The translations under genes were made by a program, and so were the position numbers. Below are positions 12,777-27,299 of a DNA stretch of 64,000 nt, piece by piece. The notes under the pieces are model-generated. The model worked only from the letters and a program-made list of their open reading frames with translations. It was not told the DNA's origin and ran no database searches. Origin of the DNA: Camelus dromedarius (Eukaryota); assembly GCF_036321535.1 (NCBI RefSeq), contig NC_087436.1, positions 37,822,001-37,886,000 of the forward strand, given 5' to 3'. Positions within the stretch are counted from its first letter, which is position 1. The number at the start of each line of letters is the position of its first letter.

Positions 12777-14906
12777 CTGAGGTGGATTTACCATGAAACT
12801 AAAACTCTTATTCCCCTAGGCTCCTTCTAGGACCTTGGCGGTGGGCGGGGTGGGGGGGGTGGCTAGAAATCTACATATATGGTTATATGTTTTTATAAAA
12901 TTTACAAACATAAAATGTTTTATCCACATTTGATGAAGACTGATGGCTCTTTGCACTCCAACTTCCCTCCATCACAGTTCCTCTCTGGTTGGGTGAGGCT
13001 GGAGTAACCCATGCATTTGGGGGATGTGGCTAAGGAAAAGCTGAAAGCTGAATTGATTAACAAAATATTGCAGGGCCAGAGGAATAAGCATGTTCTGTAG
13101 CACCCAGTGCTGAAGTATGTGGATAATTGTGAAGCAACCAGGTTTGAAACGCATGGCACCAGCAGCCAACCTGTGGAAATTTCTCTCCTGTCAGGAATAT
13201 TCTCCATAATGCATAATTGTAATTATATACATATAATCTAATTCCTTTTATTTTAAATTTGATGCATAAGTGAATACAACTCTTAACACACCATTTTAGC
13301 TGGAAATTGAAAAGACATTTTGGAATATTTCAATAAAGTAAATGAAAAATTATAGACTTCTGATTTGGTCATATCTTTTATTATCTTTAAATTTACTTAT
13401 TAGAGAACTAAGTGAAAATTCAGATAAAAGTTAATGAAATGTGAAACAAAAGTGTTAAGATGAGTGATGAAATTGATGCAGGAAAAACTGATGCGTGAGA
13501 AGGGCAGTGTCCCAGGCTTTGGTTGAGACCCTGGGACATGCCCTGCCAAGTGTGGGTCCTTGGCTTCATGCAGGAAAGAATTCAAGAGCGAGCCACGGTT
13601 GAGTAAAGGTAGATTCATTTAGAGAGATACATCAAAAGGCAAGAGAAAGGCCACGAGGTATGGGGGTTGGGTGCTCAGATTAGAGTAAAAGTAGGTACAC
13701 ACTCCATAGACAGTGTGGGCTGTCTGCGAAGGGGGAGAGAGAGAGGGGGCCGCCATGAAGCGCCATGTTGCCAGTTTTTATGGGTTCAGTGGCTTCATAT
13801 GCTAATAAGTGGAAGGACCAGTCTAACTAGCCTGGGGAAGGGGCTGGGATTCCCAGGAAGTTGGCCATTTCCCACTCTTTGACCTTTTGTGGCTAGCCTT
13901 GGGACTGCCATGGCACCTGTAGGCATGTTAGTCATCATGCTAACATATTACAATGGGCATATAATGAAGCTCAAGATCTGCTAGAAGTCAAATCTTCCAC
14001 CATCTTGAGCCTCAAGGCCTTCTGGGGATTGAATCTTTCACCATTTTGATGTTAATTGCTGTATCATTTCTTGAATGGCTGTGCCTTGCCCCCTTCCTGT
14101 CTCAAAATAAATATAAATTATTCTGATGTTGAGAAGCAAATTATAATAAAAAATACTTTAGATCATTTCAAAAGTTGCAGTTAATTAAAAGGAAGAGACA
14201 AGGTTTAAATATAATAATAAATAAGCCCTGGGATTTTTGACAATCAAATTCACACAGAGAAGTGAATTATATACATGCTAGAAAAAAACTTACATTTTTT
14301 AGGGATTGGATATTTAATACTGACAGTGACAAAAATTCACAGACATAACTTGAAGTTCCCTGAAGTCCTGCAGTTTATAAATTTAAAAAAGAAAGTAGGG
14401 GACTTCAGCAAACAACAAAAAATTCATGATCATTTACTAATAAACATCTGTGAAGCTACAGAATATTTTTTCTAAACTGTTAGTACTTAAAACAAATTTC
14501 AAGTAATCATGCCAGAGAAAAGTTTAAATTATCTTTCTCTTCTCTCTGTGGAAAACAATATCATTAAATCTTTGTCATCAGAAACAACAATCAAAAAGAG
14601 TGCACCAAAAAGTAAGACAACAAAGTTATTACAGAAGCATGTGGACATTGTATTTTTTAACCTGGATTTGGGGATGTTTGTGGTTTCATTGAACATTTTT
14701 CTTTTGAAGTATAATTTATAAATTATACCACAGAATGCTCTTATCTTTTTTCAGCTATTTAAAATTTATAATGTATTCTTTTTAATCTAAATACATTTTA
14801 GCTTTCATAACTAATTTTGCATCTTCATTTTGTTGTTTCTTTCTTGAAGCTTCTCCCCCTCCAACTGCATAAGTGTTAGACCCCACAGAGCCTGGCTCCA
14901 GCCCTG
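12777..14906 (+). mobile_element. Zaphod/MER115-like hAT-Tip100 DNA transposon (internally deleted)
   Basis: 5' end ggtggatttaccatgaaact, 3' end ccccacagagcctggctccagccctg. ORF 14509-14721 (MPEKSLNYLSLLSVENNIIKSLS) resembles the hAT C-terminal dimerisation domain. Confidence 0.78.
13474..14104 (-). mobile_element. Solo LTR, ERV1-type (631 bp), nested in the hAT element
   Basis: TG...CA termini (minus strand begins TGAGACAGGAAG), 4-bp TSD AAAT (13470-13473 / 14105-14108), GC-richer than the AT-rich flanks. Confidence 0.87.
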
Positions 14907-15109
14907 GCACTTTGGGGAGGAGTACTTGGCACGTATGAAGGTCTCAGGCAACGTTCATGGTAATTGCTCTCCATCAAGTTTTACATCTCTTAGCTTTGGT
15001 GAAATCATGCACTAAAAGATAGGGGCATTCAGGTTTGTGAGCAACGATTTCACTTATCAAACTCAGATTCCTTGTTTAATGTTCACACCATTCATATTTC
15101 TGGCTCTAG

Positions 15110-15193
15110 GCTACCTCTTATACAAACATTTGCTGTTTTCTTCAAGTTGTAGCTACCTCTTATACAAACATTTGCTGTTTTCTTCAAGTTGTA
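15110..15193. repeat. Perfect 42-bp tandem duplication
   Basis: gctacctcttatacaaacatttgctgttttcttcaagttgta x2 (15110-15151, 15152-15193). Confidence 0.97.
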
Positions 15194-18100
15194 TCCTGTG
15201 TTCTATTCTGCCTGTTTTCTGTTCACTTCTGACACTTTGTCTTTGCTATTATTTAGGAAAAATAAATTAAAATGAGAATGTGTTATATATATATATAATT
15301 TATATTTCCATGAAAAAAAGTTTACAAATCTCAACTCAAGTGTACTGTCAATCATCTAAAATAAAAGTAAAATTACACACAGAAAACACACATCTATATA
15401 CAATTTGACTAATGGCTATCTCTGACTGGCAAGTCATTATTATTTTACTCTTTATGTATTTCTGTGTATTCCAAGTGTTATACAATAAACACTTGTTCAG
15501 AAAAAAATGCTAAAAATTACACAGATCAGATATACTTTATCTGGTTACTTTTAAATAGGAGAAAATGCCTTGAATAAAAATGTGCCCTTATTCAGACTTT
15601 TCAATGGGTCATTCTTATGAAAGTGGTATTCTAATTGGAGCTTAAAGGCAGGAACCTGGCATTCCTGTGATCAACTCCCAGAAATGGTATTAACTTATTC
15701 AGTAGCCTAAAGCTCTTCACTTAACCTTTTAGCTCACCCTTTGTAAAGAGAGGATAATAGCCATTCTTGGGGAATTGCAATGGCAAATTAGCTTAGTTTT
15801 ATAAAGTGTTTTAAAGATGGGCCCCTGGATTAAATTGCTTTGTAATTTTGGGTATTATTAAAGAAATAATGAGGAGAGAAATTAATTATCTTAAGTGTCT
15901 GTGTTCCTCTGGTAAAAGAAAACAGAATTTTTTAATACTGTATAGAGTAAAAGCTCAGAATGGAAGCAAAATGTCTTGGTGAATGAAAGCACACATGTTT
16001 GAAAATAAAGGTCAGGTGAAAACATCAAGAGTGATTGTCCTTTCCCCAGGACCCAGGCAGTGGCTCCTTTTAAAATTTTAGTTACGTACGCATTTTTGAG
16101 GCTTATTGGGAGTCCAGGAATCTGGGATGAGAGGAAAGAATATTCTTTGCAACAGTAATTAAAATATGAATAGGATGGGGGAAAACACAAGCAAAGTGAG
16201 AAATGATTTTCACGAAAGCCTCTCCCTTGTGAGGCAGCAAATTTACAGCATCATGTCACTTTCATAAGCATGTTTCTGCTGATCAAAATTAAAATTCTCC
16301 AAACCTGAATCAACCCAAACTTAACTTAGTTGAAAGTGATGATAATTAAGATATTAATGGACTAGATCGAAATACTGATTAAAGTCAAATGGATTTGAAA
16401 TCACCTCTGGATGCAAATGTTACCAATTTTTAGTTTGATAAGTCATTTACTCGTAGCAAATCAAAGTATATTAGAGGAAAAATCATATGGTTTTCACATC
16501 ATCAAAAGGGTAGGCAAAGAAAACAACATTATGAAATTGAGGAGAGGGAGCATTTTCCCTAAGGGTAGGAGGGCCCTCTTAAATACTGACAAAAAGGCCT
16601 GTTTAATTGTTTAAGAAAGAAAATTATGCCTTTGATTTCTTCTGAGGAACACAAGTTCGAAATCGGTAGTGAACATGTGGTTTGCATTGAGTTCATGTCA
16701 GTGCAATTTGTTCCAGGTCTTATATCTCCAACTGTCCCCTTCCCATCAACACCGGACTACTGTGAAGGAGAAGAGAGGAGGAAGCTCTACGTTTCAGAAG
16801 CAGAATGTAGTGCTTAGGATGTTATATGACCTTGCCCATGCCCTGCAGTGATACCACATCCTCGCCTTAATCCCCACCACTCCTAATGTCGCAAAGGGAC
16901 TCCCCTCATGCTGAGCTATTGCTGTGGAGGAACAGAGCTGTCAAAAGCAATTCTATAAAGCAGGGTGTCACCTTCCAGACCCAAGCCCTGAGACTCAGCC
17001 AAAAACGGGCCCAGCAATTTCATATACTCTCACCTGCACCCAAAGAAACTTGCTGCCCATTATAAAGGCTTAGTGAGGGTTTGTCTTACAATTTCTGTCA
17101 CTAATTTTGCTCCTTTGAACATTAGCTTAAATCTTCCAGGAGTTCCTTCCAGGTTTACAATTTTCTGTACCTTACTTTCCTTGCTTTGTCGTTTTAATGG
17201 ACACTGAGTGGAAACAAAACTCAGGGGTTAGAAAGTATTATTCTGCTATTTGCTGAAGGTATTGTTTACATTGCTCTTTTAGATACGTCAGAAAAGAACA
17301 CAGTTTTTGAAAAGTCATGGACCTGTAGCTTTCCTTACGTTAGGAAAGGAATGCATGCATCTGAGAGTCTCTGCTTCTGTTTCAAGAATATTGTATCAGC
17401 TACTCCTGGTCTGATTTTCTCTGTCAGCAAAGTCCCCATCACTAAAGTGAAAGGAGAGCTTAAATATGGGAGAAAATTTTGATACCATTATTTCTTATGG
17501 TTCTTGCTACTGATTGCTTGGTCTCTGGGGTATATATTTTTGGCCAGTTAGTCAATAAAGAGAGTCATTATTATATAGTGAATATTGATAACAGTAAAAG
17601 ATTAAAGTGTTATGAGATAACATTGAGGTACAGCATGATGTGTACTTTAATAACCTAACATCTTTCACAGTTTGGTATTTATATATAGTAAAGAGCTTGC
17701 TCTTCTGAGATTTCTGTCTTATCCTTTTCAGAGTGTTTGTCATGCGTTTTGCATAAGCAAACAAATTTGAATAGAAAGTTGAAGCTGAATTAAACTCTGG
17801 AAATTCTTCACACTTTTTTTTTCTTTAATTAGTGACTCTCATTTACTAATAGATTCCTTTAAAGAGTTCGGTTGGGAAGTTAAGGAGTCTAATGGTTCGT
17901 CAACCTGAATGAGATCCAGAGAGAGAGGGCATTCAGAGCTCTGTTTTAACATTAGCTCTCTCAGTTTAAGAGAAGAAAGCTTGCTTTCACTGGCTTAAAT
18001 ATGCAATCATTGGAGTCTTCCCTCCACCTTATTAATTCACTTAATGTCATTATCTCATATCATAAAAATATAAGCCATGGCCATAGATACTAACAGGGCA

Positions 18101-19134
18101 GGAGAGTTGAGATTCTGAAGCTTTTCATTTAACTCAACTTTGAGATACATCTTTTAAAGCCAAATATTCGGTATGGTGCCTTATCTATCCGGAGCATACT
18201 GTCCAAGTATTAACCGCAAGTGTGGAGACCATATGCTGCTTCTGCTTGTTTTCTGTGAAAGGAGGATTACCATATGCCCATCACACTTTTATCCACACCA
18301 AAGTAAAGCTGACCTTTCCAAGGGAAATATGCACATTACTTAATATTTCTCATTTTAGTTTCATACTTACTTATGTGGTCATTGTGGATTATTGACACTT
18401 GCCAATATCTCCGTAAGTTCCAGCCAATCACGCTTCTCTCCCTTCCCTGGGTGACTTGTATTGGAGCAGCCATGAGTAAAGTGATGGACTGCCCACAATG
18501 AAAGTCCTAGAGATTATTCTCAAGTAAACAGTGTAAATCACTTTGAAGAGAATATAGTGCTATCATAGTCATATATTCTTAATTGAAAGACGAATCTTGG
18601 CCATCAGTAGTCTACCACTGATTTGCCTTAGAGTTATAAGTGCACCTGGGGTAACAGTATCTTAGGAAGTAACAAGAATAACTAATGCTTATTGAACATT
18701 TAGTATCTGCAAGGCTCTCACTCTGTTTTATATTCATCATCTCATATAATTTCCACAAAAACCTCAATAAGTAAAATTAAGAGTAAGTGTTTTAACTTTC
18801 CACTTGTTAACCAATGTTTACTATGAAGTAAGACAATAATATGGAAACTCCAAACAATAACAAGGTAATTCAGGCAAAACACCTATTTTGTACTTTACTG
18901 AATTGTGTAAGTCTAGCTGAAAAAAATTATTTTCTTTATAAATGTACGTGCATACATTTATGAGTGCTTGAATCATCCAGGTACAGCTCTGCTTCAGTGT
19001 TTTTGTATCTGGATTGTTTTTCTAAGTGATCTAAAATTCCTTGCGTTTGTAAAGAAAGCTGAGAAGGTCTAGGTGGGAATTTAACCGGTGTTTCACTAGT
19101 AAGTACTCAATAAATATTAAACTCCACTGTTGTC

Positions 19135-19255
19135 GTTTGTTATTCATTCCTTCATTTGTTCAGTAGTATTTATTGAGTGCCTTCTGTGTACCAAATACTG
19201 TTTCAGGCAGTAAGGATACAGCAGAGAGCAAAATGAACAAAAATCCCTGTCTGGA
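19135..19255 (-). mobile_element. L2 3' end
   Basis: tcattccttcatttgttcagtagtatttattgagtgccttctgtgtaccaaatactgtttcaggcagtaaggatacagc. Confidence 0.7.
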
Positions 19256-20469
19256 CACAAATAATGGGGGGAGATTTTGCAAGATAAGACTAAGCTGGAA
19301 CAAAGTTTTACAAGAATAGCAACTTCTGAATAATGCTTGTTGTGTTATTTCTTATGACTATGTTCCTCTTGTGGGCATTATGAGAGTTATTGAGAAGATG
19401 TCTGTAATTTTGGCCAATTTGCCAGTCCTTTTAAAAGTTTTACTCTTTTTTATTCATTTGCCTATATTTACAGAGTACCTAGTATAAGTTAGCTATCCCT
19501 CCAAAAGGGTATGAACAGTGCTAAAACTTTGCATTTATAATTTTTAGATACAGAAAAATCACTCATAGACACAAAATTAAGGAAGAATAAGGGGGAGGTA
19601 GCCACAATGTTAATACCAACTATTACATCCAAAGACGCACAGGGACAGCTTTTCACACTTGTCACCTACCGTGTGGGCACAGTAGCATAGATTAGATATT
19701 TGTTCATCCAAGAATTGTTAGAAGTCAAGTTGAACCCCTGGGGAATTTGTGATACTGCCTTCTTTTGAATTATGGAGTAATGCCTCTTCTACCTCATCCC
19801 TCTATCTCCTAAAGGAGTAAAGGTCAGAAAAGACATCTTAGAGACTCAGACAAAGACTCTGACCTTAAATATTTTCACTTATAAATTTATGGCTTGAAGT
19901 GGGGAAAGAGGTGTGTTAGATGCAAGGAGGACTTACCCAGAGGACTAGAACAGGAAGGAGAGCGCAGAGTCAGACCTGCTTGGTAATGGGCAATTGTGGT
20001 GGTTGGGGGTGAAGGGCATAGCCACTGGGTGCCACCTCCACAGGACTGTCCCCACATGGGCAAATGATTAAAGAAAGATTCCTGGACAAATGAGCTCTTT
20101 ATCTATTTTTATTCTTGGAGGAACAATTTTCTTCTGTTTAAACCTTTTTTAGGGTGATACAATTGTATGCATCATTCTGCAAAGACACTAAAATTCAATT
20201 TGAAATCTAACAGTTTAAAGAAAAAGTATAAAATTCAGCCATGAGAATAACCATTGATTAGAGGAAAGAAAGGAAAGAATCTTTTAAAAAATAAAACCTC
20301 CTCTTCTTTTTAAATTCTGGCCAAAGATGTTATTGGGTTTTAAATATATGGAGACGTCTGAGAAATTGTATACATACTCCGGTAACTTACACAGAAATGT
20401 GGCCATGAACTTCCTGTGGAAGGTGTGTGACAAATATTTGAGTCTGTTAATCTGAACAGAAATTCAATA

Positions 20470-20949
20470 TAAGCGTACATCACAGATACTCTAAGTTCGG
20501 TTCCAGACCACCACAATAAAGCAAGTTACACAAATTTTCTGGTTTGCCAATGCATATAAAAGTTATATTTATGCTTTACTGGAGTTTACTGAGTGTGCAA
20601 TGGCATTATGTCTAAAATTACAATGTACATACCTTCATTAAAATATTTTATTGCTAAAAAAGCTAACCAACATCTGAGTCTTCAGCAAGTCATGATCTGT
20701 TTGCAATAGTAACATCAAAGAGCACTGACCACAGATCACCATAACAAATTCAATAATGATGAAAAAGTTTTGAAGTATTGTGAGAATTACCAAAATGTGA
20801 CACAGACATAGGAGATGATCAAACGCTGTTGGAGAAGTGGCACCAGTAAGACTTGCTCGAGGCAGGGCTACCATAGACCTTCAGTTTGTAAAAAATGCAG
20901 TATCTGCACAGCACAGTAAAGTGAAGCACAAGAAAAAGAGATGTGCCTG
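20470..20949 (-). mobile_element. Tigger1-derived non-autonomous element (TcMar-Tigger)
   Basis: Both Tigger1 termini (..gttcggttccagaccaccacaataaagc.. and ..gcagtatctgcacagcacagtaaagtgaagcacaag..gatgtgcctg) with no transposase between them; TA on both sides (20468-20469, 20950-20951). Confidence 0.88.
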
Positions 20950-21091
20950 TATTTAAAGCGGATAAATGTTCTTTTTGATAATCTTCTTCAATGTTAATAA
21001 TATCATACACAAATATAATATTGTGCCAATAAATCAGTCTCTGGCTTTGTAGACAGCAGGGTCAAAAACTAATTAAAGAAGAAAGTTCCTT

Positions 21092-21298
21092 GTGGATACT
21101 GACTAATATATATAAAATATATAAACAACAAGTGTATACTGTATAGCACAGGGAACTATATTCAATATCTTATAGTAACCTATAATGAAAAGGAATATGA
21201 AAAGGAATATATGTATGTATATGTATGACTGAAGCATTATGCTGTACACCAGAAATTGACACAACATTGTAAACTGACTAAACTTCAATAAAAAAAAG
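21092..21298 (+). mobile_element. 5'-truncated camelid-type L1 3' end
   Basis: ctgtatagcacagggaactatattcaatatc..gctgtacaccagaaattgacacaacattgtaaactgac..aataaaaaaa; degenerate TSD aaagaag(c)aaa. Confidence 0.9.
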
Positions 21299-24164
21299 AA
21301 GCAAATTTCAGGTTAGGATGAGCTGTTTTTCAGAGATCTTTATTATTTTCTTTATTTCTGAAAGATTGTGCAACATCCATATAGATATAAAAACATTTAT
21401 AATCACAATATTATTTGTTCATGGAAATAGATTATCTTCAGTAGAACCAGAATAGTGATACCATGTTCACATCTCAGCAGCTGTTTAAATACTGAAATCA
21501 CTTGTTCATAAAGAAGGTGATGGGGTCTGATGAATCAAAAAAGCCTTCAAGGTTTGGATTAGAAAAGAGAAACAGTGTTCTAGATTGATGGATTTAGATG
21601 ACCAAAGACAAGAAGAAAAGACTGACGATTCACTTAACTATGTGAAGATAAGACCATGGAAAACAGAAGAAAATGGCAGAAGGGTTGTTTAGAACAAATT
21701 ATGTAGAAGGGCTATGCCTCCAACTGTATTAATGCATGAATCTCTTAAAGATTATTTATATCTGGTATTTAGAATTATTGTTTGTAATAGCTTAGTGGAA
21801 GAAAGATGAATCAAATGTGTATTTATCATTTATTGAATAAAGAGGTAGATATAACAAATGAGTTCACATTTGCAGTTAATTTTCCCCAACATTCTTACAC
21901 TCCAACATGTGGAAGCTATGTTTTCCTGGGGTTCTGGGAAGTTTGTTGTATGTAATTGAATGTGAAAGCAATGTACTGTTCTAGAAGATCTGTGCTTTCC
22001 AGGAGAAATCACCTAGATTGGTACACTGCGATGGGAGCCATAAGAATAACCCTTGGGTGATGATTAGATGCAAACCCATTAAGTTAAATACTGTATTTAC
22101 TGAAATTGCTTCTTACTGCTTGGAGGGAAAATGAGGGAGAATTTCATTTTAAAGTGATAAATTCTTGGGTGAATTTGGTTTAAATCATCTAACTTAATGA
22201 GTGACTTACTTCTAAAAGAAGATCATTCACACCTGCTCACTATAGAATCCAGCATTAAAAAAAAAAAACTTAGCCACTGCTTTTCTACTTTACCAAACAA
22301 TATTTATTTTATTGAAGTAAATATAGAACAACACATGTCTATAAAAATTATCCTCTACTGTGCACTACTTTATCCAGAGATGAGCAATTTCTCTAGTTGA
22401 ATAGTACTAAATAGTTGACTTTTGTGACTTTTTGGGAGGTTGCAATTTTATGTTGTAACACTTTTAATAACAAAAAATGTTTGAAGAGTAGAAAGGAAAG
22501 CAAAAAAAAATATTAGTAGCTTTACATGTAATTATTAGAATTGGCAATCAGTTTTAGGTCATCTCTTTATCAGTACAGAATTGAGGTGAATTTTTAAATT
22601 GTTACACATTATACAAATTATAATGTTTTAATCAGCAAAGAAAGCAGCCTCAAAATTGTCTTCAGCAATTTAAGGACTCCATTAACTATGAACTTGAAAA
22701 TACATATTGGCAGTGATTTTTAACGATCTAGCTGATACAATTCATGGGTACTGTGACTTATATAATTTAATTTTGTAATAAAATACATTTATTGGAAGTT
22801 AAGCTATTGGAATAAAAATTTTTGCATTTTTACACATTTAGTTCTTCAAATAATGGGTGACTTTTATACCATTTTGTAAAAGTAAGATGTATTTACCTGG
22901 TTAGTAAAACTGAAATGCTGAGTTGTATGTTTGTGCATAAAAGAGTATATATTTTACTTTTTATGAATTTCTTTGAATCCAGGGTGGGCGATTTAATAAA
23001 GGCAGCCTGAGGAATACTGGCACGTTGGCCAACCAGAGGGGAGGACAGAACTCTACTTGTGTGGGGTTTGGCAAGGAAGCACCTCTCGGTTTTCCCTGTT
23101 AAAGAGTAGCAGTGGGGAGATGGGGTAGGATGTGGCTGGGGGAGGAGGGTAGGATTCAAGGAAAGAGTAACCCTGAGGCACAGGTTAGATCAGGAGGTTC
23201 TGCACCCGCACTCCATTCTTGTGGAACCCATCAATTTCTTTTACTGCTTTCATAGGGTTTCTCTGGCACCTTAGAATTCCTGGAGAAATTTATTTTCAGA
23301 ATCCGACTGTTTGATTCAGAATGCATATTTTCTTCCTAAGAAAACACTGACAATCTGTCCAGGCTTCAGTAAGAGTTTCACACCACTTCCTGAATTCAAC
23401 ATCAAAATTTGCCTGCGTCGTTACAAAGGTTGAGGGCTGGAGGAACACTGGCAAACACCAGTATGAGTCTTGGCTAGGTGCCTCTGGGTTTAGAACTAAC
23501 GTGAATATATTAAATCCACAAGCTTAAAGATAGGCTTGAATGATTTAGAAAAGAGTTTAAAGACAGAAACCATAGTATTCTGACAATACGTTTATTAAAA
23601 ATCCATCAATGTTACATTTATTACATGAGAAATATACTTCATATTTGGTTTAAATCCATTATCAAATTTTCATCACCAGATTAGCTCCACAAAGATATTG
23701 CATTTTACAAATTCCAAGAGATTAAAAAGGGGCCATCAGACTGGAGAAAGAAATGCAATATAATTGATACTTGTTCCTCATAGAGGATCAACTTTTCAAA
23801 GGGATCTTTTGATTAAGTATCATAAGAGTTAGGCTTAATATCAGGATTCATATTACTAGTCACATTATTATGGTCTGAAAGAATTAATATGTCTTTGAAA
23901 TGCAAATAGCTTGGCTCCTATTTATTGGTAGGGCCTGATAAATCGTTTCCCATGTGCTTTAAAATCTTTCTTATTATATTGTTTTTATGATATTCTTTTG
24001 AGACAGGTGATTATGGCCAACTATCAATTATACTTAAGTGATGGGAGGCAGGGTAGCAGAAAATTGTGGTACTTTGTTAGAGCAGACCTAGGAAACTAAG
24101 ACAATGAGTGAAAAGTATGAAATTAAAAAATAAAAACCTTACCAATTCCAGTAGCATGCTAGAG

Positions 24165-24340
24165 TTAATAATTTTTTTAATTCAAAGGTATCTTTGAGAT
24201 TAACTCACCCAGTTCCCTTGTTTTGCAGCTGAGGAAACTGAGTTGTAAAGAGAACTCTGCAGCCCATGTGAGGCAGCGTTTGAATAAGACAGACCTGTTC
24301 CATGAGATTCTTATTCCTGATCCTCTTTTCTCAACTGCTT
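24165..24340 (-). mobile_element. MIR fragment
   Basis: cccttgttttgcagctgaggaaactgag (reverse MIR core). Confidence 0.55.
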
Positions 24341-25514
24341 ACTATGTTTGGAGAGAAAGTACCTATAACCAAAGTCCCGAATGACAGGAAGTGAAACAGA
24401 CAATATAGATGAGTGTATCTGATAGTCAGATCAGACAGAGGTCATTTTCCTAGGACGATCAAGGAGAAATCAAAGAAGTAGAATGTGTATTTGTGCGTGT
24501 GGTTTTGTCTGTATTTTGTTTTTATTTTTCAGTTTGAAGGATAAGCAGAATTGGTAGGCAGAGTGTGAGAGGAGGACACTGCAGCTGAAAACGGTAGGAG
24601 ACCCTAGGTGGAGGCATGAACGCACTGGGGCTGTTTGGGAAAGGTGAGGAATCAGGCTGGTTGCTGGATTGGGCCCCTCTGGAGGTTTAGTAATAAATCA
24701 GGAAAGGTGGCAGAGGCCACGTTGCTAAGAGTCAGGGCATGGGGAAGGAGGGCCATGTTGTATGGGTAGCGACATTAGGCCTTGCTAGGCAAGGGAATTT
24801 CTCTGGTTTGGGGCCCAGGTGTCCCACCTGTCAGGATTCATTACTCTTCTCCCTGGCAGGAGGTACTTGCCAATGGCTAATTCAGATTTGATTATAACAG
24901 CATCTGGGAACTACTATAATATTCCGCCTGCTTTTGATTCCTAGCAATTTGAGTGAATGCATGTGTGCTTATATATGTATGTGCATGAGAGGGAGGGCCC
25001 CAAGCAAAGCCCCAAATTAGTACACATTGGTTCAAAAAGTGTCAGTCTAGTCTAGCTGATCCCATGCCTTTCTGGGCATTAGAATGCCATGAAAACCGCC
25101 ATGAGAAAGTGGACCAGAGTTCTTAAGGCCATATGGTTTTTGACACATAATGTAACTCCTCAAAGAGGCAATATTCCCAAGAGACAGAAGTGGGTCTTGA
25201 AGGGGATTATATCTATTTATCCCTGTACATCTCTAAGGGGAGAAATCTTAAAGGAAGTTTTAAATTGTGCAAATACTCATAATAGCTATTTTTATTACAT
25301 AAAGCATTAACAGCTCCTGCCATGTCAATGTACAAATTTTATATTTAGTGTACTCTCCTTGAAAGCATTTCTTACAAGCCTTTTAGATCACATGGCAATT
25401 ACTACAGAATGATGGTGCCTTTTTTTTTCATATATGTGTACAGGTTATCACAAGATGAAGTGCTAATGGCTTTATGATACCTTAAGTGGCTGTGTGAGGA
25501 AAATGACCAATTTT

Positions 25515-25812
25515 TGTTTGTTTTTATATTTTTTTAAATTTTATTTTTAATTGAAGTGTAATTGATTTACAATATTAGTTTCAGGTGTACAGCAAAGTGA
25601 TTCAGTTACACATATACATACTTTTTTTTAAGATTCTTTTTCATTTTATGTGTTGCAAGAAATTGAATATAGTTCCTGTGCTATACAGTAGGTCCTTGTT
25701 CTTTATCTGTTTTATATATAGTAATGTGTATCTGTTAATCCCAAACTCCTAATTTATTCCTCCCCTTCTCTTTCCCCTTTGGTAACCATAGTTTTCTATG
25801 TCCGTGAGTCTA
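25515..25812 (-). mobile_element. 5'-truncated artiodactyl-type L1 3' end
   Basis: Reverse complement of the same L1 3' end seen at 3817; TSD gaaaatgac(c/t)a(a/g)tttt at 25499-25514 / 25813-25828. Confidence 0.9.
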
Positions 25813-26999
25813 GAAAATGACTAGTTTTTAAATCAAGAACTAGTCAACCTCAAGGTAAAGCATTAACACTTAATCTTTATAAGTAACACCCCTGTCCTGC
25901 CTCTGCCTCCAACTTCAAATTGTCAAAGATTTTACAAATATGAACTTATTCTCATTCTTTTCAGACAGTTTTTATTTTTTTAAAGAAAAATATATGGGTC
26001 AACTTAAACAAAAAATTTCATCTTACGTCAATAATTGTATTTGGATACAGAGTTCTTAAGGCTAAATGCTTTTCTAGACAAATTATCTTCATTGCTACTT
26101 GTACACTGGTATATTACATTTTTAAGGTATATTTTATTGCTCTGTGGATTTATACACCTCAAATACTTGTATCTAATTCAAATTAAAATAGTTTGCAAAT
26201 AACTGAGAATCAATTTAGTCCCAAATGTTTATCTCTTCTGCTACAGATGTTTTCTTTCTTTATTTTTCTGCCTTAGATGAATTCGATTCCTCTTTAACTT
26301 TATAATCGGAGCTAAATAAATAAATGTTTCCATTGGGAAAACTGGGAAAAGAACTTTCACCAGCTGCAAGCTTCACTGCATTGGTGAGTTTATGTTTATT
26401 CTGTAGTACAACAATAAAGCATGGTCCTGGCCTGAATTCACAGCTAAAATTTAATCTGTTTAATTGGCCGAGTTCAGTCTGGGGTCCTCCTGTCCTTCAT
26501 AAAACTGTACTCCGGCAGTTTACGATTCTAACAAACCTCTAAGAGTGAGTTAAAGTTTGGTGTTCAAACTAGGACTATCCATAGGATTATTCAGAAAGTA
26601 ATATCCCAGTTGGAGGCACTCTATCTTTTTACAGTGGGATATTTAATTTTACTGTGCCTAGAAATATTTGTCAAAGAGGCAAAAAAAAAAATGTTTTTCA
26701 AAGATCTTTTTGGCTCTTTCCTTTAGTTTTCTAAGGTAATTAGTTTAATAATGTTTCAGCTCCTTTGACTGGAAAATGTGTTTTAAAACTGTCAGATGGG
26801 CTTTAAAGAGAAGTCCAGGCTCTATGCAGTTTAATGAATCATGTCTGAATTTAAGATTTGGGTTCTTTTCCATCCTCTTGGTCAAGTGTTTCTCAGATAG
26901 ATTGAATATAGACTGTGAACCCACAAATGAGGTGCACCCTCATAAAAGGGTTAAGCACCATTGTGCATGCTCTATTTTCATTGAATCGGGGAGGAAACT

Positions 27000-27260
27000 G
27001 GCATTTTTTGAGCACCTGCTATATTAGCAGACACAGTGCTCTGTGTGTTACACAAATCAACTCATTCAATAGTCTCTCTCCCTATATATACATATATTTA
27101 TATTTTTACATATATGTGTATCTACATCTATATATGACTTTCCCTTTCTAGTAAAAGAGGAAACTGATTTTCAGACATTAAACATTTTTTCAACGTGGAA
27201 CTAGAAACTGAAAACTAAAGCATAATCTTTCTGGCTCCAAAGTCTATTCTCTTTTTCCTT
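27000..27260 (-). mobile_element. MIR
   Basis: ttttttgagcacctgctatattagcagacacagtgct..aactcattcaat..agaggaaactga..ctggctccaaagtct. Confidence 0.65.
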
Positions 27261-27299
27261 GGTTTTTACTTTTTAAAGTTAATTAAGTAATGGAAAAAA

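Noticed and set aside
14509..14721. Possible domesticated hAT-derived gene
   Set aside because: Only a short degenerate dimerisation-domain fragment with upstream stops and frameshifts; no exon structure.
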